Below, piece by piece: positions 9,497-18,527 of a stretch of 64,000 nucleotides of DNA. The stretch's first letter is position 1. Every line of letters begins with the position of its first letter. The notes beneath the pieces are model-generated. The model had not been told where the DNA came from, ran no database searches, and saw only the letters and a list, made by a program, of their open reading frames with translations. Origin of the DNA: Candidatus Omnitrophota bacterium. GTDB taxonomy: Bacteria; Omnitrophota; Gorgyraeia; Zapsychrales; Fredricksoniimonadaceae. A program made the position numbers and the translations under genes. The stretch is taken from contig CAIOPG010000007.1 in the NCBI GenBank assembly GCA_903860135.1, positions 66,100 through 130,099 on the forward strand. Direction: 5' to 3'.

Positions 9497-11220
9497 AAAG
9501 CTTCTCAGGTTTTTTAACGGGCACAACAGGGTTATTCCTGTTGTGCTCTTTTATTTTAGCGGCCACGCCCGCTGGCGTTAATGGTGCGGTGATGCCGCGT
9601 TATGGCGGGGCGATCTTCCTGGCGACGACCTCGGATCCGCGTTCGTTCAATCCCATCCTTGCCAAGGAATCATCGACCACCCTGATGACGCGTCACATGT
9701 TTGAAGGGCTGACGACCATGGATCCTTTCACGCTCAAGGTTATCCCCGCTCTGGCGGAGCGCTGGGAGGCGGACCCGGGTGGCCTCGTCTGGACTTTTCA
9801 CCTCCGCAAAGGGCTTCTTTGGTCCGACGGGGTTGCTTTGACGGCGGCTGATGTGGCGTTTACGTTCAATGACCTTATCTTTAATGACGATGTGCCTAAT
9901 TCCGCGCGCGATATTTTTACCCTTGAAGGCAAGCCGATCCGGGTTGAGGCTGTTGATGCCCAGACGGTTCGATTTATCCTGCCGGTGCCCTTTGCGCCTT
10001 TTTTAAGAAGCCTAGGGCAGGAGATATTGCCCCGGCATGTACTTGCCGAAGCTGTCCGGGCCAAGAAATTCGCCTTTACCTGGGGGATCGATGCCCGGCC
10101 GGACACTATCGTCGGGACAGGGCCTTATAGGCTGGCGGAGTATCAGCCGGGGCGTCGGGTTGTTTTTCGCGCCAATCCGTATTATTGGAAGAAGGCCGCT
10201 GACGGTGCCCGGTTGCCCTATATCCCCAAGATCGAATATGTCATTGTTCCCGGGACGGATGTCGAGCTCCTGAAGTTCATCGAGGGCAGTCTGGATGCTT
10301 ACACCCTGCGCGGCATGGACTATCCTTTGTTAAAACCGCAGGAGTCAGCCCGAGGCTTCACGGTATACGATCTCGGACCGGATATGGGGACAAGTTTTAT
10401 CACGTTCAATCAGAATCCCGGCAACAATCCTGTGAGCGGCAAGCCCTATGTGGTGGCCCGCAAGCGCGCCTGGTTCACGGATATCCGTTTCCGTCAGGCG
10501 GTGGCGCATGCGGTCGACAAGCAACGCATCATTGAGATCGTCAAGAACGGCCTGGGGTATCCCCAGGATTCTCCGGAAAGCCCGGCTGCGGGATTTTTCT
10601 ATTGCGCGGATGTCAGGAAGTATACGTATGACCTGGATGCGGCGCGGGAGCTTTTGGCGGCAATGGGTTTTGCGGACAAGGATGGCGACGGGATCCTCGA
10701 GGACGGAGACGGGTTAAAGCTCGAGTTTAACCTTTACACGAATGCCGACAGCACCGAACGCGCCGACGTGGCCGCCATCATCCGCAGTGACCTGGAGCGC
10801 GTGGGCATGAAAGTCAATCTTCAGCTGGTGGAGTTCAATACACTGGTCGCCAAGCTGACATCAACGTATGACTGGGATGCCGTTATCCTTGGCCTTACCG
10901 GCGGTGTTGATCCTCATTTCGGGCAGAATGTCTGGCGTTCTTCCGGCCAGCTGCATCTGTGGAATCCCCGGCAGGCCGCTCCGGCAACCGCATGGGAAAA
11001 ACGCGTGGATGATATCTTTTCCGCCGGGGTGCAGGAGTTCAATGAGGACAAAAGAAAAGCCCTTTATGATGAATACCAGAAGATCGTCGCTGAGGAATTG
11101 CCGGTGGTCTATACCGCGCTCGGCGCTCAGCTCATGGCGGTGAAGAACCGCTTCGGCAACCTCAAACCATCGCCGTTGGGCGGGGTTTTTCATAACATTG
11201 AAGAAATATACATCAAGTGA
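9493..11220 (+). CDS. ABC transporter substrate-binding protein, peptide/nickel family 5 (OppA/DppA-like)
   Basis: 575 aa with a signal peptide and SBP_bac_5-type sequence. Followed (after the insertion) by two permeases and two ATPases. Confidence 0.85.
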   Translation: MKSFSGFLTGTTGLFLLCSFILAATPAGVNGAVMPRYGGAIFLATTSDPRSFNPILAKESSTTLMTRHMFEGLTTMDPFTLKVIPALAERWEADPGGLVWTFHLRKGLLWSDGVALTAADVAFTFNDLIFNDDVPNSARDIFTLEGKPIRVEAVDAQTVRFILPVPFAPFLRSLGQEILPRHVLAEAVRAKKFAFTWGIDARPDTIVGTGPYRLAEYQPGRRVVFRANPYYWKKAADGARLPYIPKIEYVIVPGTDVELLKFIEGSLDAYTLRGMDYPLLKPQESARGFTVYDLGPDMGTSFITFNQNPGNNPVSGKPYVVARKRAWFTDIRFRQAVAHAVDKQRIIEIVKNGLGYPQDSPESPAAGFFYCADVRKYTYDLDAARELLAAMGFADKDGDGILEDGDGLKLEFNLYTNADSTERADVAAIIRSDLERVGMKVNLQLVEFNTLVAKLTSTYDWDAVILGLTGGVDPHFGQNVWRSSGQLHLWNPRQAAPATAWEKRVDDIFSAGVQEFNEDKRKALYDEYQKIVAEELPVVYTALGAQLMAVKNRFGNLKPSPLGGVFHNIEEIYIK

Positions 11221-11261
11221 TGCGGAGTGTCTGCCGGGTATGCTTAAATATGTCTTGTGAG

Positions 11262-11315
11262 AAAAGGAAAGGGCAGTCCCTGCGCTGGGGACAGATCAAT
11301 AAATTCGGGTTGTAC
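11262..11315. repeat. left copy of ~55-bp direct repeat (GGAAAGGGC + GC-rich short inverted repeat + AATAAATTCGGGTTGTAC) flanking the YhcG-like gene
   Basis: About 50/55 nt identical to 12647..12701. It contains a GTCCC..GGGAC inverted repeat. Confidence 0.8.
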
Positions 11316-11346
11316 ATTGGTCGTTTTTGGATGCCCCCCACCCATG

Positions 11347-11377
11347 CCCGCCCCACGGCGGGGGCGGGTGTTATTTT
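11347..11377 (+). terminator. rho-independent terminator-like hairpin (CCCGCCCC-acggcg-GGGGCGGG + TGTTATTTT)
   Basis: 8-bp GC stem with a 6-nt loop followed by a T-rich tract, downstream of the SBP gene. Confidence 0.6.
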
Positions 11378-11419
11378 AGTCATGACTGATAATGGCAATA
11401 TTCGAGGGTTATAGTATGT

Positions 11420-12688
11420 GTGCGGCCAGTAAGATTCAGGAACGGATTGTGGTTGCTGGTAGAAATGGAGGCAAAGAGAGCGATGAATAAGAATAAATCT
11501 TTAAATAATTCGCTGTTCGAACGGGTTGTTTTTATTCTGGAAGCTGCACGATCTAATGTTGTGCGAGCTGTTAATACCAACATGGTCATTGCTTACTGGC
11601 TTATTGGTCGGGAGATTGTGCAGGAAATTCAGGGCGGTGTCGGTCGGGCAAAGTACGGCGAGAAAGTGCTAAAACAGCTTTCTTCACAATTAAAAGAAAA
11701 GTATGGTCGTGGGTATTCTATCAGTAACGTACAGTATTTTAGGACGTTTTACACGGTTTATGCGGAGCGCAAGCCTGAGATTCACCAGATCGGATCTGGT
11801 GAATTGCTCAAACAGGCAGACAAACGAAATGTCGTCGGTGCTCGTGAAGATATGTCGTTGGCAATCGAGACAAGCACGGCCATTCGGGGGTTTTCTCCGA
11901 ATCTTGGTTGGTCACATTATCAGGTACTGATGACTGTTGAAAATAACAATGAACGTCTGTTCTACGAGATAGAGGCGGAGAAGGAGAATTGGGATGTTAA
12001 GCATCTGAAGCATCAAGTTTATTCATTCCTTTTTGCCAGGCTCATGAAAAGCAAGAATAAAGACGGTATGATGGCATTGGTGCGCGAAGGACAAAAGATT
12101 ACGACTCCAACTGATATTATTAAGAGCCCATATATTCTCGATTTTCTAGGCATTCCTGATGCAGACCAGTTACATGAAACAAAGTTGGAAGAGGCAATTA
12201 TATCTAATATTCAGTCTTTCCTTCTGGAATTGGGAAAAGGTTTCGCTTTTGTTGGTCGGCAGAAGCGTCTTCAATTTGATGAAGATTATTATTACGTGGA
12301 TCTCGTTTTTTATAATTGTATTTTGAAGTGTTTTTTGTTGATCGATTTAAAAATAGGGGAGCTGACCCATCAGGATGTTGGTCAAATAGACAGTTATGTG
12401 CGTATGTTTGATGATAAATATCGCACGGAGGGAGACAATCCGACTATAGGATTGATTCTATGTGCAAAAAAGAGCGAAACCATAGCACGATATTCCGTAC
12501 TTAAAGGAAGCAAACAAATTTTTGCATCCAAGTATATGTTGTATTTGCCGACAGAAGATATGTTGCGGCGAGAAATTGAGCGTGAACAACGCCTGATTGA
12601 AGAAAAGATATCGAAAGACGAAATGGCTGATCACCGAAAGAACTTGAAAGGGAAAGGGACAGTCCCTGCACCGGGGACAGGGCAATAA
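11420..12688 (+). CDS. YhcG-like DUF1016 protein with C-terminal PD-(D/E)XK nuclease domain
   Basis: N-terminal SLNNSLFERVVFILEAARSNVVRAVNTNMVIAYWLIGREIVQE is typical of DUF1016/YhcG. C-terminal YYYVDLVFYN...LIDLKIG fits the D...(D/E)xK nuclease motif. AT-rich codon usage, unlike the neighbours. The true start is likely the internal ATG near 11465 or 11483. The last ~14 codons are encoded by the right flanking repeat. Confidence 0.7.
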   Translation: MRPVRFRNGLWLLVEMEAKRAMNKNKSLNNSLFERVVFILEAARSNVVRAVNTNMVIAYWLIGREIVQEIQGGVGRAKYGEKVLKQLSSQLKEKYGRGYSISNVQYFRTFYTVYAERKPEIHQIGSGELLKQADKRNVVGAREDMSLAIETSTAIRGFSPNLGWSHYQVLMTVENNNERLFYEIEAEKENWDVKHLKHQVYSFLFARLMKSKNKDGMMALVREGQKITTPTDIIKSPYILDFLGIPDADQLHETKLEEAIISNIQSFLLELGKGFAFVGRQKRLQFDEDYYYVDLVFYNCILKCFLLIDLKIGELTHQDVGQIDSYVRMFDDKYRTEGDNPTIGLILCAKKSETIARYSVLKGSKQIFASKYMLYLPTEDMLRREIEREQRLIEEKISKDEMADHRKNLKGKGTVPAPGTGQ

Positions 12689-12701
12689 ATTCGGGTTGTA
12701 C
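12647..12701. repeat. right copy of ~55-bp direct repeat flanking the YhcG-like gene
   Basis: GAAAGGGAAAGGGACAGTCCCTGCACCGGGGACAGGGCAATAAATTCGGGTTGTAC, near-identical to 11262..11315. It overlaps the 3' end of the YhcG-like CDS and lies 18 bp upstream of the permease start. Confidence 0.8.
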
Positions 12702-12718
12702 CTAGGAATTGATTTGAT

Positions 12719-13684
12719 ATGTTCAAATACATTATAAAACGAATGTTGATCGCGCTGGGCCTGCTCCTGGTCATGAGCTGTGCGACGTTCATGCTCATGC
12801 GCCTGACGCCGGGGAATTTTCTGGATACGTTGCGCCTTGATCCGCAGATATCCAAGGACACACTGGCGTACTACAGCCAGTTGTATCAGCTCGACAAGCC
12901 GGCCTGGCAGCAGTATCTGCACTGGCTGGCGGGCCTCTTTCGCGGTGAGCTGGGGTATTCTTTTTATTATAATGTCCCGGTGGCTAAAATTATTGGCGCG
13001 CGCCTGGGCAATACCTTTATCCTGTCGCTGGCGGCATTTCTGGTGACCTGGCTGGCGGCTATTCCGCTGGGGATCTGGGCGGCCCTTCATCGCGGCAACT
13101 GGCGTGACCGCGCGATACAGTTTGCCGCCTATGCTGTCGTGTCTTTGCCTGGTTTCTTCGTGGCCATGGTCTTGCTTTATTGGGCGAGCATCACAGGTTG
13201 GCTTCCGCTGGGCGGCATGGAGAGTCCCGGTGCCGGCGATCTGTCCTGGTGGGCCCGGGGGCTCGACAGGCTCAGGCACCTGGTCATTCCGGTGACGGCC
13301 CTTTCACTGGCGTCGATCGCGTTATTGCAAAAGATCATGCGCGGCAATATGCTCGAGGAACTTGGGAAACAGTATATCTTCGCGGCCCGGGCGAGAGGGA
13401 TACCGGAGAACCGGGTCATTTACAGCCATGCCCTGCGCAATGCCATCAATCCCATGATCACCCTGCTGGGGTATGAATTCGCGGCACTTTTAAGCGGCGC
13501 GGCGCTCATGGAGATCATCACTAGCTGGCCCGGCCTTGGGAGCCTCATGCTGACAGCGGTCCGTTCCAAGGATATTTATCTGGTGATGGCAAATATGATG
13601 ATGGGTGGTATTTTGTTTATGGTCGGAAACCTTCTGGCGGATATCGCTCTTGCCAAGGCGGACCCGCGGATAAGGATCAGGTGA
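12719..13684 (+). CDS. ABC transporter permease (OppB/DppB-like)
   Basis: N-terminus MFKYIIKRMLIALGLLLVMSCATFMLMRLTPGNFLD with the permease EAA-loop region. Confidence 0.9.
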   Translation: MFKYIIKRMLIALGLLLVMSCATFMLMRLTPGNFLDTLRLDPQISKDTLAYYSQLYQLDKPAWQQYLHWLAGLFRGELGYSFYYNVPVAKIIGARLGNTFILSLAAFLVTWLAAIPLGIWAALHRGNWRDRAIQFAAYAVVSLPGFFVAMVLLYWASITGWLPLGGMESPGAGDLSWWARGLDRLRHLVIPVTALSLASIALLQKIMRGNMLEELGKQYIFAARARGIPENRVIYSHALRNAINPMITLLGYEFAALLSGAALMEIITSWPGLGSLMLTAVRSKDIYLVMANMMMGGILFMVGNLLADIALAKADPRIRIR

Positions 13685-14781
13685 TGCCAATGGAAACACC
13701 GCGCGGTGAAACGGGTTTGGCCTGGCAGCGGTTCATGAAAGATCGTGCGGCGGTTGTCGCGCTGTGGATCCTGGGGATATTTTATGCCGTGGCCATCCTG
13801 GCCGATGTGGCGGCACCGTATACGCTTAAGGATGAATCGCGCGAACATCCCTATTGCCCGCCCACGGCGGTGCATTTCTTCGCGCCCGACGGGCGTTTTG
13901 CCGGAGCTCATGTGCGCGGGGTTCAAATGACCTATGATCATTTCCGGCGGCGTATTTACAATGAAACCGCAGACATCTATCCGCTGAGATTTTTCGGTCG
14001 GGGTGAAACGTACCGCTTCCTTGGGGCTTTTCCGGCGGACAGGCATATCATCACGGTTGATGCGCCGGGGCGTATTTATTTATTGGGAGCGGACAGCCGG
14101 GGGCGCGATGTGTTTTCAAGGATCATCCACGGCGCGCGGGTTTCGCTGACGATCGGCTTGTTCGGTGTTCTGATTTCTTTTAGCATAGGCTTGCTGGTGG
14201 GCGGTATTGCGGGATATTTTGGCGGGCGGACGGACCATGTCCTCATGCGCCTGTGCGAGATGGTGATGATGGTGCCGGGGTTTTACCTTTTGCTGGCGTT
14301 GCGCGCCGCGGTTCCGGACAGCCTGGATTCCTTGCAGGTTTATGCCGCGATCATAATCATCCTTTCGTTTATCGGGTGGGCCGGATTAGCGCGTGTTATC
14401 CGCGGGATGTGCCTTTCGTTGAAGGAACGGGATTATGTGCTGGCCGCGCGCACCATGGGCTTGAGTGACCTGCAGATCATTGTGCGCCATATCCTGCCGC
14501 ACACGCTTTCCTATTCACTGGCGGCTGTGACGTTAGCCGTGCCCGGGTATATCCTGGGCGAGTCAGCCTTGAGCCTTATCGGCCTGGGCATTCAGGACCC
14601 TTACGCGAGCTGGGGCAATATGCTCGCCGAGGCCATGAGCATTGTGCGGATACAGTTTGCCCCGTGGATCCTTTGGCCGGCGTTTTTTATAGGGATAACG
14701 GTCTTGTGTTTTAATGCGGCAGGTGATGCCCTGCGCGATGCGTGGGATCCGTTGCTCAAAGGCCGCGGGGAGGGCGCATGA
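13681..14781 (+). CDS. ABC transporter permease (OppC/DppC-like)
   Basis: N-terminal OppC_N-like region followed by a BPD_transp_1 membrane domain. ATGA coupling on both sides. Confidence 0.9.
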   Translation: MMPMETPRGETGLAWQRFMKDRAAVVALWILGIFYAVAILADVAAPYTLKDESREHPYCPPTAVHFFAPDGRFAGAHVRGVQMTYDHFRRRIYNETADIYPLRFFGRGETYRFLGAFPADRHIITVDAPGRIYLLGADSRGRDVFSRIIHGARVSLTIGLFGVLISFSIGLLVGGIAGYFGGRTDHVLMRLCEMVMMVPGFYLLLALRAAVPDSLDSLQVYAAIIIILSFIGWAGLARVIRGMCLSLKERDYVLAARTMGLSDLQIIVRHILPHTLSYSLAAVTLAVPGYILGESALSLIGLGIQDPYASWGNMLAEAMSIVRIQFAPWILWPAFFIGITVLCFNAAGDALRDAWDPLLKGRGEGA

Positions 14782-15530
14782 ATACGCCGTTGCTCGCTGC
14801 CCGCGGGATCACCCTGGCGTTGCGTGAAAGGCCGGGGACGCTGATCCTCAACGATGTTTCACTGGTTGTCCCGCGGGGCAAGATCATCGGGGTTGTGGGT
14901 GGCTCGGGCAGTGGGAAAACCACCCTGGCTTGTATGCTTCTGGGTTTTGTGCCCGAGGCGATGCGCCTTAAAAGCGGACAGGTCCTGTGGGAAGGGAAAA
15001 ATATTCAGGCTATGGATGCACACACGCTCCGCCATTGGCGCGGGGGGCGGGTGAGCCTGTCGTTCCAGGAACCGGCGAGTGCTTTTGACCCGGTGTTTAC
15101 CGTTGGTGATCAAATCACTGAAATGCTGATGGCCCATGGCGGGAACGGGCGAGCCCGGGCGCAGGAAAAGATGTTGGAATTTTTGGCGTTGGCAGGGGTC
15201 GATGATCCGCGGCGTGTGGCCGCTGGGTATGTGCATGAATTATCCGGCGGCTTGCGTCAACGGGCGATGATCGCGCTGGCGGTTTGCACGCGGCCGGCGG
15301 TTCTTGTTGCCGACGAACCCACCAGCAGTCTGGATGTTATCTTGCAGGCCAGGATCATGGCGCTCTTTCGCACGCTCCGCCGGGAGCTCGACTTGTCGAT
15401 CGTCCTTATCACGCACGACCTTGGCATGGTTCAGCGCCTCGCTGATGCGACGGTTATCCTTGTCCGTGGCCGGGTTGTTGCAGGGGATCATCCGGAAGCG
15501 CAGGCATTGCTGTCAGCCGGGGGGATGTGA
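14778..15530 (+). CDS. ABC transporter ATP-binding protein (OppD/DppD-like)
   Basis: Walker A GGSGSGKTT, signature LSGGLRQR, Walker B LVADEPTSSLD. The likely start MNTPLLAARG at 14778 overlaps the upstream stop. Confidence 0.9.
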   Translation: MNTPLLAARGITLALRERPGTLILNDVSLVVPRGKIIGVVGGSGSGKTTLACMLLGFVPEAMRLKSGQVLWEGKNIQAMDAHTLRHWRGGRVSLSFQEPASAFDPVFTVGDQITEMLMAHGGNGRARAQEKMLEFLALAGVDDPRRVAAGYVHELSGGLRQRAMIALAVCTRPAVLVADEPTSSLDVILQARIMALFRTLRRELDLSIVLITHDLGMVQRLADATVILVRGRVVAGDHPEAQALLSAGGM

Positions 15531-15531
15531 T

Positions 15532-16290
15532 ATGCTTCTTCAGCTTGAAGGCTTGACTAAAAGATTTCCAGGGGGAGTGACCGCCCTTGACGGCGTGAGT
15601 GTTGACCTTGTCGCAGGTGAGCATCTCGGCCTTGTGGGAGAGTCCGGGTGTGGCAAGACCACGCTGGCGCGCATTGTCATGGGGCTTGTCATTCCTGATC
15701 AGGGGCGCGTATTGTTTGAAGGTCGGGAGCTTGTTTCAGCCAAGGAACGCCGGGGGCTTTTTTGCCGGAAAGCGCGCATGGTCTTTCAGGATCCTTTCTC
15801 CAGCCTTGATCCGCGTTTCACGGTGCGCGCCATCCTCAGGGAGGCGCTGGCCCTTGAACCGCGGATGAGGCTTGGGGAAGAACTGGGGCGCATGCGTGAA
15901 GTGCTGGGGCTTGTCCGCCTGCCGCCGGATATTCTGGCGCGTTACCCGCATGAATTTTCTGGTGGTGAGCGCCAGCGTATCGCGATCGCCAGAGCCCTCA
16001 TGAGCCAGCCGTCGTTGCTTGTTCTCGACGAGGTGCTGTCTTCACTGGACGTTCTGGTTCAGCAGGATATCCTGACCGTGCTTGAAGAGATACCGCGCCG
16101 CACAGGGGTGACCTATCTGTTCATTGCCCATAATTTGCGCACGGTCCGCCGGCTGAGCCGCCGGGTCGCTGTGATGCGCCGCGGGGTGATCGTTGAATAC
16201 GGCGGGTGTGAGGATCTTTTTTCGTCAGCTGTACATCCGTACACGCAGGCCCTCTTTAAAGCCGCTATTAACTATGAGGTAAGTGCATGA
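15532..16290 (+). CDS. ABC transporter ATP-binding protein (OppF/DppF-like)
   Basis: Walker A GESGCGKTT, signature FSGGERQR, Walker B LVLDEVLSSLD. Start MLLQLEGLTKRF immediately after the upstream stop. Confidence 0.9.
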   Translation: MLLQLEGLTKRFPGGVTALDGVSVDLVAGEHLGLVGESGCGKTTLARIVMGLVIPDQGRVLFEGRELVSAKERRGLFCRKARMVFQDPFSSLDPRFTVRAILREALALEPRMRLGEELGRMREVLGLVRLPPDILARYPHEFSGGERQRIAIARALMSQPSLLVLDEVLSSLDVLVQQDILTVLEEIPRRTGVTYLFIAHNLRTVRRLSRRVAVMRRGVIVEYGGCEDLFSSAVHPYTQALFKAAINYEVSA

Positions 16291-18527
16291 GCCCTTTCTT
16301 TTACCGTAAACTGACCGAGATCTTCGGGATGCTGGCCCTGGGTGTCCTTTTTTCGCTGATCGCTTTTTCAGCGATGTTGGAGATCAAGGATCTTGATCTG
16401 TGGCTGCACCTGAAAATGGGCGAGATCATCATGGCTTCCGGACAGGTGCCTGCGCAGGACATCCTTTCGGCGACAATAGCCGGGAAGCCCTGGGTTAATC
16501 ATGAATGGCTTTTTCAGGTTGTGCTTTACGCCGTGCACCATGCTTGGGGCATGGATGCCCTCCTTTATATGCAGGCGGGGGTGGTGCTGTTGACGTTCCT
16601 GATTGTCCTGCTATGGACGTACCGCCAGGACCGTCAGCTGGTCATCCTTCCTCTTTTATTCATTGTACTGCAGATCTATCAGACACGTTTTACGGTACGG
16701 CCGGATATTTTCAGCCTGTTATATTTTATTTCTTTCCTGATGATCCTTTCTACATTTATCAGGCGCCGCTGGGCATTGCCCGTGCTTTTTGTTATGCAGG
16801 TGGTGTGGACGAATATGCACGGGTATTTCTTCTGGGGTCCCGCGCTGGCGATCGTGTTCCTTGCCGCTGAGACCCTGAAGCGTTATGTCCCCTTGCCTTT
16901 TGCCTGGAAGGATGAAGCGCGTTTGCCCGAGGACGGGTATGTCAGGTTGTGGCAGGCGTTGGTGCTGGTGTTCTTGGCTACCCTGATTAACCCGCTGGGT
17001 TTTGCGGGCGCGGCTTATCCGTTCAAGGTCCTTTTTTCATTGTCAGGTGACAGCAGTATTTTCTTTAAATACATCACGGAACTCAAGGCACCGCTTAAGG
17101 GAACGCCATTTTTTGACTTTAGCGAGCAGGGACCGCTCAAGATCATGATCTTTGTTTCGGGTATCAGCTTTCTGCTTAATATCCGGCGGCTCGACTTGCG
17201 GTGGCTCTTGGTATGGGGCGTTGCCATGGCTTTTGCGCTCGGGGCGATGCGCAATATGGTTTATTTCGCGTTTGTCGCGTACATCGCAACCATGATGAAT
17301 TTATTACGGCTTGATCTGCGCCGGCTGATCCCCGTGCATTTTGCGGCCGAGCATTTTGAGCTTTTGACCGGATGGATGGCAAAGGTCGCCTGCATTGTTT
17401 ATTTATTGAATTATAGCGGTGATCTTGCCCAGCGCGGGTATTATGATTTTTACACCTATACGCGCAAGAGTGAATTCCTCGGGGTGACTCAGCGGTCTTT
17501 CCCTTCTGGCCTGGCGGATTTCATGATAGCCAACAAGATCAGCGGCGCGGTTTTTAATGATTTTAATTCAGGGGCGTATTTGGTGGGGCGCCTTTACCCG
17601 CAGGTCAAGGTTTTTATCGATGGCAGGACGGAAATGTACGGAGCGAAATTCTTTATGTTTTACCGCCGGATATGGGAAGACGGCGATGCCCGAGCCCTCG
17701 ACGCAGTGACCGCGCGTTACAACCTGCGAGGGGCTGTGCTCGGTTCGGCGTTCGGGCATATCCCTGAAAAAGCCCTCAAGCTTTTTATGGGCCAGCGGGA
17801 ATGGAAACTTGTTTATCTGGATCATGACGGGGTTGTCTTTCTGCGTGACATTCCTGACAATGCGGCCTTGATCGCGAGGTTCGCCATAGATCCGGCGCAT
17901 TGGAAGGCCGCGCCATTTGATATCCGCCGCATGGGGGCTGTCCGCGCCTATCCTTACCGCGAGGCAAACCGCGCGTTCACGCTCAATGATATGGGTTATC
18001 CTGATCAGGCCATGGCCGAAGCGGACGCGGCGCTGGCTATTTCTCCGATATGCGATGACGCGCTGCATGCTAAGGCGAGGATATACCTTGACCGCAAGGA
18101 TTTTGCGAAAGCCTTTGAATATTTCCGTTACGCGCTCCTGCAGTCTCCTGCGGACACAAAATTGCGGCGTGGCTTGGCTCTTGCTTATGTCGGGCTAGAG
18201 GATTATGCGCGCGCGCTGGAGCAGGCTGACCGGCTCGATAGCGTTGCCGGTGATCCTTCGGGTGCTTATATCCGTGCAAAAGTCTTCGTGAAAAAGAAAC
18301 AATATCGTGAAGCTTATGATATATTAGCAAAACGGATTGCGCCATTGGAACGCGGCGTGTCCGAAATCACGGCCATTGGCGATCTATACGGAGAAGCAGG
18401 GGCTCATGCGTGGGCCGTCGAGGCGTACGCCCTGGCGATCAGAAAAGAGGCGAAGAATACACGCCTCTTGAAGAAGTACAGGGATGCCGTCATGAAACGG
18501 CGCGAAGGGAAAGGAAAAGACAAATGA
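16287..18527 (+). CDS. large polytopic membrane protein with C-terminal TPR repeats (GT-C-like / DUF2723-like, uncharacterised)
   Basis: 746 aa. About ten N-terminal TM helices, including a HLKMGE...GKPWVNHEWLFQV segment. A TPR-like C-terminal region. ATGA overlap with the upstream ATPase gene. Confidence 0.6.
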   Translation: MSPFFYRKLTEIFGMLALGVLFSLIAFSAMLEIKDLDLWLHLKMGEIIMASGQVPAQDILSATIAGKPWVNHEWLFQVVLYAVHHAWGMDALLYMQAGVVLLTFLIVLLWTYRQDRQLVILPLLFIVLQIYQTRFTVRPDIFSLLYFISFLMILSTFIRRRWALPVLFVMQVVWTNMHGYFFWGPALAIVFLAAETLKRYVPLPFAWKDEARLPEDGYVRLWQALVLVFLATLINPLGFAGAAYPFKVLFSLSGDSSIFFKYITELKAPLKGTPFFDFSEQGPLKIMIFVSGISFLLNIRRLDLRWLLVWGVAMAFALGAMRNMVYFAFVAYIATMMNLLRLDLRRLIPVHFAAEHFELLTGWMAKVACIVYLLNYSGDLAQRGYYDFYTYTRKSEFLGVTQRSFPSGLADFMIANKISGAVFNDFNSGAYLVGRLYPQVKVFIDGRTEMYGAKFFMFYRRIWEDGDARALDAVTARYNLRGAVLGSAFGHIPEKALKLFMGQREWKLVYLDHDGVVFLRDIPDNAALIARFAIDPAHWKAAPFDIRRMGAVRAYPYREANRAFTLNDMGYPDQAMAEADAALAISPICDDALHAKARIYLDRKDFAKAFEYFRYALLQSPADTKLRRGLALAYVGLEDYARALEQADRLDSVAGDPSGAYIRAKVFVKKKQYREAYDILAKRIAPLERGVSEITAIGDLYGEAGAHAWAVEAYALAIRKEAKNTRLLKKYRDAVMKRREGKGKDK

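Noticed and set aside
11262-12701. Considered an integron gene-cassette (attC) interpretation of the repeats flanking the YhcG-like gene
   Set aside because: No intI or attI is nearby, the repeats are direct near-identical copies rather than an imperfect attC palindrome, and the ends do not fit the RYYYAAC/GTTRRRY core sites. Kept as an uncharacterised repeat-mediated insertion instead.
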